Shown here piece by piece: positions 47,746 through 52,785 of a stretch of 52,785 nt of DNA. Below the pieces are notes generated by a model. It made no database searches. It saw only the letters and a program-made list of their open reading frames with translations, and had not been told where the DNA came from. Source of the DNA: a virus (taxonomy: Duplodnaviria; Caudoviricetes); the IMG/VR virus record IMGVR_UViG_3300035145_002598, positions 1 to 52,785 of that record; one strand, given 5' to 3'. The number at the start of each line of letters is the position of its first letter. Position 1 is the stretch's first letter. Made by a program: the position numbers and the translations under genes.

Positions 47746-48336
47746 ATGAACCCCGAAGACTATCAACCACCGCCGTCGTTATCGCCAGAGCGCGCCGAGG
47801 AGCTCCGCGCGCTCCACGGCTTCGCGGGTCGTGAGGCTTCAATCCCGAGCCACTTCGCGGTGAGCCTGAGCGAGCTACGCGCGCAAACGCAAGCGCAGCC
47901 ATCGAAGCCATCGGAGCCACAAGCGGAGCCTGTAACGGCTCACACGGCAACCGTTATCGCCGATTCAGCACCCGATCGGTCAACATGTGAACCGCTCGTC
48001 TACCCCGTGGAGACGTGGGCAGACGTGCCGACATTCGAGGCGCTCATCCCCCGAATCGCTGAACAGCTCGAGCGCATCGCGGAGAGCGACTCACCGATAC
48101 ACCGCTCCGCGCTGCTCGGCTTAGCGCGTCGCTTGTCATCGATCGAGGTGGGCGACCCCGCGTTACGCTTAGCGCGTCAGCGCCGACTCGAGGGTAAGCG
48201 ATGGCGCGCGATCGCGGAGGAGCTCAACGAGCGGATCGAGAAGGGCGAGACGCGCTTCACGCGCCCCAACGGTAAGCTCTGGAACGAGAACAACCTGCGA
48301 TCACTCGACACGCAGAGACGGAGGAGGTCTAAATGA
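47746..48336 (+). CDS. Protein with a C-terminal recombinase-type DNA-binding module
   Basis: GKRWRAIAEELNE...FTRPNGKLWNENNLRSL; GGAG RBS. Confidence 0.6.
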   Translation: MNPEDYQPPPSLSPERAEELRALHGFAGREASIPSHFAVSLSELRAQTQAQPSKPSEPQAEPVTAHTATVIADSAPDRSTCEPLVYPVETWADVPTFEALIPRIAEQLERIAESDSPIHRSALLGLARRLSSIEVGDPALRLARQRRLEGKRWRAIAEELNERIEKGETRFTRPNGKLWNENNLRSLDTQRRRRSK

Positions 48337-48422
48337 GCTGCGAAGATGTATCTTGGATGGTGTGGCTGACGTGTCTGCTGTTGCTCGTCACGGTGGACCT
48401 GTTCTCGAACCCCCCGCGCTAG
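48333..48422 (+). CDS. 29-aa single-TM microprotein (not in the ORF track)
   Basis: GGAGGAGG RBS, ATGA overlap; MSCEDVSWMVWLTCLLLLVTVDLFSNPPR. Confidence 0.5.
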   Translation: MSCEDVSWMVWLTCLLLLVTVDLFSNPPR

Positions 48423-48426
48423 CGCG

Positions 48427-48618
48427 TCAACGGTGATCGAGGATCCGGTCGTTCAGCTCCTCGGGCTTCGGTGGCTCGGGGTCGTCGTCCTCAACGTCGA
48501 GGGTGTCGTCGATGTCCTCCTCGTCGAGATCGTCGAGCAGGTCCTCGAGCTCGGGGTTCGTGGGGGGCGCGACCCTGCGGGGCGGGGTGATGTGTTGAGC
48601 GAATCGGCGTCGTATCAT
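48427..48618 (-). CDS. Small, highly acidic protein
   Basis: AAGGA RBS; LEDLLDDLDEEDIDDTLDVEDDD tract. Confidence 0.5.
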   Translation of the reverse strand: MIRRRFAQHITPPRRVAPPTNPELEDLLDDLDEEDIDDTLDVEDDDPEPPKPEELNDRILDHR

Positions 48619-48660
48619 GGTCGTATCCTTTGAACTTGGAATCTATGGAGAGAGTAACAA

Positions 48661-48873
48661 ATGAACACAGAGACAGAGATAAAACTATGGGCGAAGATCG
48701 TGCTCCCCACGGTCGGCGATCCGGTCGCGGAGCGCGAGGCGATCAAGCTGTATCACGACACGCTCCGCACGTTGAGGGAGGTAACGCGCGCGCTGAGCTC
48801 ACCAGTCGCGACCACGCGCGCGCGTTTCGTGTCTGCGCTCGAGGGTGAGCGGACGGTGGAGGGTGACGAATGA
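48661..48873 (+). CDS. Hypothetical protein, first gene of the repeat-protein operon
   Basis: GGAGAG RBS; ATGA-coupled to the next gene. Confidence 0.55.
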   Translation: MNTETEIKLWAKIVLPTVGDPVAEREAIKLYHDTLRTLREVTRALSSPVATTRARFVSALEGERTVEGDE

Positions 48874-49268
48874 CACCCGAGCAGATCTACAACGCGCACG
48901 CGAACGAGCGACGCAAAGCGCGACGCGCGAACGAGACCGAAGAGGAGCGCGAAGCGCGTCGCGCCAAACGCCGAGCGTATGATCGAGCGCGCGCGAAGGA
49001 GCGCAACGCGCGACGCCGAGAGCGTCGAAGGGAGATCATCGAGACGGAGACCGCGCGCGAGCGCTCAGCGCGTAAGGAGCGAGAGCGCGCGTATGAGGAG
49101 CGTCGACGCGCGGAGCGGACGCCCGAACAACGAGAGCGGATCCGCGCTTATCAAGCGGAGTACAGACGCCGACGCAAGGAGACGGAGACGCCGGAGGAGT
49201 ACCAGGCGCGCAAAGACCGCGCGAACCTGCTGCGCAGAATCAGATACGCGATGAGGAGCGAGACATGA
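48870..49268 (+). CDS. Arg/Glu-rich 23-aa (STPR-like) repeat protein 1
   Basis: ETARERSARKERERAYEERRRAE / RTPEQRERIRAYQAEYRRRRKET / ETPEEYQARK... Confidence 0.7.
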   Translation: MTPEQIYNAHANERRKARRANETEEEREARRAKRRAYDRARAKERNARRRERRREIIETETARERSARKERERAYEERRRAERTPEQRERIRAYQAEYRRRRKETETPEEYQARKDRANLLRRIRYAMRSET

Positions 49269-50062
49269 GCCGACGCAAAGAGACCGAAGAGGAGCGCGAA
49301 GAGCGTCGCCTGTACCGCAGGATCATGTATCAGCAGTACATCGAGAACGAGACAGAGGAGCAGCGCGAGCGGAGACTCGCGCAGATGAGAGAGCGCAAGC
49401 GTCTGCGGACTCAGCGCGAGACGCCGAAGGAGCGCGCGAGGCGACTCGAGAAGCACGCGCTTCACGCGCGGGTCAAGTACGCGCTCAACCGCGACGAGCT
49501 CCAGGCGTATCACCGCGAGCGCTACCAGCGCTTGAGCGAGGAGCAGTATGAAGCGTACCTCGCGCGCAACCGCGCGAGCCGGAAGCGTCGACGCGAGGAG
49601 GAGACGCCCGAGCAGCGCGAGGAGCGACTCGCGAAGCGTCGCGCTAAGTATCACGCGAAGAAAGCAGCGGAGCGCAGATCGAGCGAGCGCGAGCAAGCCG
49701 ACAAGCGAGGCGCGCGGGTGGAGACCGAAGAGGAGCGCGAAGCGCGACTCGCATATCGTCGAATGGCGCGCAAGGTCGCGCTCGAGATGGAGACCGCAGA
49801 GCAGAGGGAGGAGCGACTCGCGAAGCGTCGCGCGCGCCGAGCGGAGCGCACAGCGCGAGAGACCGAGGAGCAACGCGAGCGCAGACTCGCCTCGAGCGCG
49901 GAGCGGAGACGCGCGAAACGCGCCAACGAGACCGAGGAGCAACGAGAAGCGCGACGCGCTAAGCGCCGAGTTGCGAACATCGAGGAGACGCCCGAGCAGC
50001 GCGAGGAGCGACTCGCGAAGCGTCGCGCTAAGTATCACGCGAAGAAAAGGAGCGAGACATGA
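49265..50062 (+). CDS. Arg/Glu-rich 23-aa (STPR-like) repeat protein 2, about ten repeats
   Basis: Repeated ETxEQRExRLA... units at mostly 23-aa spacing. Confidence 0.75.
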   Translation: MSRRKETEEEREERRLYRRIMYQQYIENETEEQRERRLAQMRERKRLRTQRETPKERARRLEKHALHARVKYALNRDELQAYHRERYQRLSEEQYEAYLARNRASRKRRREEETPEQREERLAKRRAKYHAKKAAERRSSEREQADKRGARVETEEEREARLAYRRMARKVALEMETAEQREERLAKRRARRAERTARETEEQRERRLASSAERRRAKRANETEEQREARRAKRRVANIEETPEQREERLAKRRAKYHAKKRSET

Positions 50063-50316
50063 TGCAGACACGAGAGGAGCGTCGCGCGTATCTGCGCGAG
50101 TACATCCAGCGCCCGGAGGTGATCGCGCACCGTCGCGCGTGGCACGCGGAGCGACGCGCGAGGATGAGCGACGAGGAGCTCGCCGAGCGACGCGCGTATG
50201 ATCGGCAGTGGAGAGCGGATCGTCGCGCGAGGATGAGCGACGAGGAGCGCGCGGATCGTCGCGCTAAGGACCGAGAGTATCAACGGAGACGACGCGCCGA
50301 GAGGAGCGAGACATGA
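50059..50316 (+). CDS. Arg/Glu-rich 23-aa repeat protein 3
   Basis: MSDEELAERRAYDRQWRADRRAR / MSDEERADRRAKDREYQRRRRAE. Confidence 0.7.
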   Translation: MMQTREERRAYLREYIQRPEVIAHRRAWHAERRARMSDEELAERRAYDRQWRADRRARMSDEERADRRAKDREYQRRRRAERSET

Positions 50317-50660
50317 TCAAACAGGACCCGACGGTGTACGAGACGCCGATCAAGAGACGCGGAGCGGGGCGACCGCGTAAAGCGCAGAAGCAGACAGCGG
50401 AGGAGCGACGCGCGTATCAGCGCGAATACAACCAGCGCCCCGAGGTGATCGAGAGGCGTAAGGCGTGGATGCGCGAGTATCGGAGGATGCGGCGATCCAC
50501 AGAGACGCCCGAGGAGCGCGAGGAGCGCCTCGCCTACGCGCGCCTATGGAGAGAGGCGAAGCGCGCGAGCGAGACCGACGAGGAGCGCGAGGCGCGCCTC
50601 GTGCGTCAACGTATGTATCAGCGCAAATACAAGCAACGAAAGAAGGAGCGAGCGCAGTGA
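50313..50660 (+). CDS. Arg/Glu-rich 23-aa repeat protein 4 with an AT-hook-like motif
   Basis: KRRGAGRPRK; ETPEEREERLAYARLWREAKRAS / ETDEEREARLVRQRMYQRKYKQR. Confidence 0.7.
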   Translation: MIKQDPTVYETPIKRRGAGRPRKAQKQTAEERRAYQREYNQRPEVIERRKAWMREYRRMRRSTETPEEREERLAYARLWREAKRASETDEEREARLVRQRMYQRKYKQRKKERAQ

Positions 50661-50875
50661 CAGAGGAGCAACGAGAGAAGCAGCGCGCATACATGCGCGA
50701 GTACATGAGGAGGAAGCGGGCGACGGAGACGCCCGAGGAGCGCGCCGAGCGTCTGCGCTTCGACAGGATGCGCGCGCGGATCCGCTTAGACGCTGAGACA
50801 GAGGAGCAGCGCGAGCGGAGACTCGCGAAATGTCGCGCGTATTACCACGCTAAGAAGAAGGAGACGCAACGATGA
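50657..50875 (+). CDS. Arg/Glu-rich 23-aa repeat protein 5
   Basis: GTG start in a GTGA overlap with AAGGAG RBS; three 23-aa units. Confidence 0.65.
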   Translation: MTEEQREKQRAYMREYMRRKRATETPEERAERLRFDRMRARIRLDAETEEQRERRLAKCRAYYHAKKKETQR

Positions 50876-51105
50876 GCGATCCAGTGAACCACCCCTCGCA
50901 TTATCGCGGGGGCGTGTATGAGGCGATCAACGTGATCTCCGCGTGGAGGCTCGACTTCGCGCGCGGGAACGTGGTCAAATACATATGTCGCGCGGGGTTG
51001 AAATCGAAGGAGACGGAGCTCGAGGACCTGCTCAAAGCGCGGGAGTATCTCGATTTCGCGATCGCTCAGCTCTCCGAATCGGAGTCCGGCGAGTCCGACG
51101 ACTGA
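50872..51105 (+). CDS. DUF3310-family phage protein
   Basis: DPVNHPSHY...F.RGNVVKYICRAGLK...EDLLKAREYL. Confidence 0.85.
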   Translation: MSDPVNHPSHYRGGVYEAINVISAWRLDFARGNVVKYICRAGLKSKETELEDLLKAREYLDFAIAQLSESESGESDD

Positions 51106-51542
51106 GAGGGGAGCCAACGAGAGACGGTCTCATCGAGCTCGACGCGCTCGGGTGACGGTCTCTCTCTGAGCTCGAGCGCGCTGAGTCGCTCGATGATCGC
51201 GCGCTGTAGATCCGTGATCATGTCGCGGTGAATCTGGAGTTGAATCTGCGCGTCCCTCAATCGGGCGATCAGCGCCTCGCGGTCCGCGTTCGCCTTGCCG
51301 AGCTTGTCGCGCAGCTCCTCGACTTCGCTCGGATCTCGACCGCTCGCGATCGCGAGCATCGACGAGATTGAGCCGGTGATGACGCCGAGAATACCCACCA
51401 ACACATCCCGATTCTGATCGACGATCGTGACGCGCGCGAGGAACACGACGAGCCCGACGACGAGCAGTAAAAAGAACACGGCGAACCACCAACCGCGTCG
51501 CGCTTTGTATTCGTCCAACTCCGTCACCTGTTCGCTCACCAT
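51066..51542 (-). CDS. Two-TM membrane protein with C-terminal coiled coil
   Basis: WWFAVFFLLLVVGLVVFLA and VLVGILGVITGSISSMLAIA; heptad tail; start overlaps the cyclase stop. Confidence 0.7.
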   Translation of the reverse strand: MVSEQVTELDEYKARRGWWFAVFFLLLVVGLVVFLARVTIVDQNRDVLVGILGVITGSISSMLAIASGRDPSEVEELRDKLGKANADREALIARLRDAQIQLQIHRDMITDLQRAIIERLSALELRERPSPERVELDETVSRWLPSQSSDSPDSDSES

Positions 51543-52363
51543 TGCTTAAACGCCTCTCTGATCGCTTCGACGGCGATCACGATATAATCGAACCAATCTA
51601 ACCAGGTCACGCCCCACAAGTGACGCCCATCTCGATTCGACATCCACGGGTATATCATAGCGAGAATGTAACCGACGCTGATCCAAGCGAGCCGATACGC
51701 GCTCCACAGCGCCCACTCCCTCCAACGACGATGACGCGCGCGCGATCGAATCGCTTTAGCGCCCCCGACGCGCTTCGCCTTCTCGTTACCGCGCGGAGGT
51801 TGAAGCGACTCGATGGTGTCGCCCACAGCGTACAGCGTGACGGGGTCTCTGACACCCTTGAATCGATAGAGCCCAACGCACGCGAAGCGCGTCCCCTTGG
51901 GCGTCTGTGGGTTCGTTCGATTGCGTACCGCGCGCATCGCGTCCCGCGTGAGGATGACTTGACCCGCTTCGCAGACGGACATCGCGCGCGCGGAGATGTT
52001 CTTCGCGACCCCCTCGAGCTCGACGGACTTCGCTCCGACGGCTGAGTAGAGCTCGTCCTGCGTAACCTCCACAATGTCCCCGTAATGAACGCCGATCCGC
52101 GCGTCGATCTTGACGCGTTGCGGGATCTGGGCTTGATAGTGAAGCGCGAAATTGAGCGCGTCGATCGGTCGCTCGAACGACAACAAGAAGCCGTCGCTCC
52201 TGTCGATCTCGCGCCCGTTGAATCGGTAGAGCAGAGAGCGCGCGAGCCGGTCGTGATATTGTAACCACGTCGCAGCGCGCATCGCCCCGACGCGTTGCAC
52301 GAACGCGGTCGAGCCGATCAGGTCGAGCAATACGATCGCGAGTCTGCGGTGCTTGAGCTCCAT
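51536..52363 (-). CDS. Class III nucleotidyl (adenylate/guanylate-type) cyclase domain protein with C-terminal membrane anchor
   Basis: IVLLDLIGST, DRSDGF, RIGVHYGDI, GVAKNISAR, GQVILT and GLYRFKGV; C-terminal hydrophobic helix; ATG 52363 with GAGGA RBS. Confidence 0.85.
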   Translation of the reverse strand: MELKHRRLAIVLLDLIGSTAFVQRVGAMRAATWLQYHDRLARSLLYRFNGREIDRSDGFLLSFERPIDALNFALHYQAQIPQRVKIDARIGVHYGDIVEVTQDELYSAVGAKSVELEGVAKNISARAMSVCEAGQVILTRDAMRAVRNRTNPQTPKGTRFACVGLYRFKGVRDPVTLYAVGDTIESLQPPRGNEKAKRVGGAKAIRSRARHRRWREWALWSAYRLAWISVGYILAMIYPWMSNRDGRHLWGVTWLDWFDYIVIAVEAIREAFKQW

Positions 52364-52383
52364 GTGTCCTCGATTCAGCGCGC

Positions 52384-52395
52384 GTGTGATACACT
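52384..52395 (+). promoter_or_regulatory. Putative late promoter (GTGTGATACACT) for the CHAP-like gene
   Basis: Same motif as 5518-5529 and 34431-34442; 29 nt upstream of ATG 52425. Confidence 0.5.
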
Positions 52396-52424
52396 CCACA
52401 TGATAACAGAGAGGAGCGTCACAG

Positions 52425-52785
52425 ATGGACGAGCACAACACCAGAGTCGAGAACTGTATCGCGCGCGCAGAAGACGCGCACGCGTTTAACGTCACCGAGC
52501 CCCCTCGCGGGTATTACGTCGATAAGGACGGCGTGATCTTGAAGAAGGGCGTGAGCGGATTCAGCGAGGTGTCGGGCGAGGACGAGTGTCACCGCGGAGC
52601 CGAGATCATCCGATACATCAACGACGGTCTCGGGTGGTCTAAAGAGGACCCCTACACCAACTCGTACAACCTGAAGATCGGCGGGTTCAGTTGGTGCGGA
52701 GCGTTCGCTGCGTGGTGTGACATCACGCTGAAAGCGGAGCTCCGTAAAAAAGTGATGCCGTCCACGTATCGCTTGTGGGAGTTCT
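52425..52785 (+). CDS. Partial gene running off the window; CHAP/NlpC-like cysteine amidase or peptidase, possible endolysin
   Basis: GAGGAG RBS; open to the window end; my translation MDEHNTRVENC...GGFSWCGAFAAWC contains the WCxxFxxW CHAP-type motif. Confidence 0.55.
   Translation, partial: MDEHNTRVENCIARAEDAHAFNVTEPPRGYYVDKDGVILKKGVSGFSEVSGEDECHRGAEIIRYINDGLGWSKEDPYTNSYNLKIGGFSWCGAFAAWCDITLKAELRKKVMPSTYRLWEF

Noticed and set aside
49151-50201. Long alternative ORFs over the repeat array (306 aa minus strand; 217 aa plus strand)
   Set aside because: Shadow frames of repetitive, stop-poor GC-rich sequence; no RBS or coupling, unlike the five sense genes
1-52785. Alternative genetic code or tRNA genes
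   Set aside because: Conserved genes are intact in the standard code and TAA, TAG and TGA all serve as stops; no tRNA-like sequence recognised by eye

Overview
The window is a large part of a GC-rich, strongly CpG-rich tailed dsDNA phage genome with a contractile tail; no host genes are visible. Layout: (1) 27-19493 (+) head, neck, sheath, tube, tape measure and baseplate genes in an SPO1/Twort-like order; (2) 19568-28482 (+) replication genes: primase-helicase, PD-(D/E)XK exonuclease, SF2 helicase, SSB and family A polymerase; (3) 28484-36107 (-) large terminase, tail fibre, a compositionally foreign three-gene cassette and lysis-type membrane proteins; (4) 36167-44102 lytic transglycosylase, class II RNR, RecU-like resolvase, dNK, ThyX, dCMP deaminase and a serine recombinase; (5) 44547-45175 a non-coding region with two different repeat arrays, probably an origin or packaging control region; (6) 45235-52785 small-terminase-like and DNA-binding genes, five coupled genes built from 23-aa STPR-like repeats, a membrane-anchored class III nucleotidyl cyclase coupled to a 2-TM protein, and the start of a CHAP-like gene. 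The best candidates for new biology are the STPR-like repeat gene array, the cyclase/2-TM pair, and a recombinase-type DNA-binding module shared by three unrelated proteins together with the repeat arrays. All calls come from reading motifs and gene order by eye; no searches were run.
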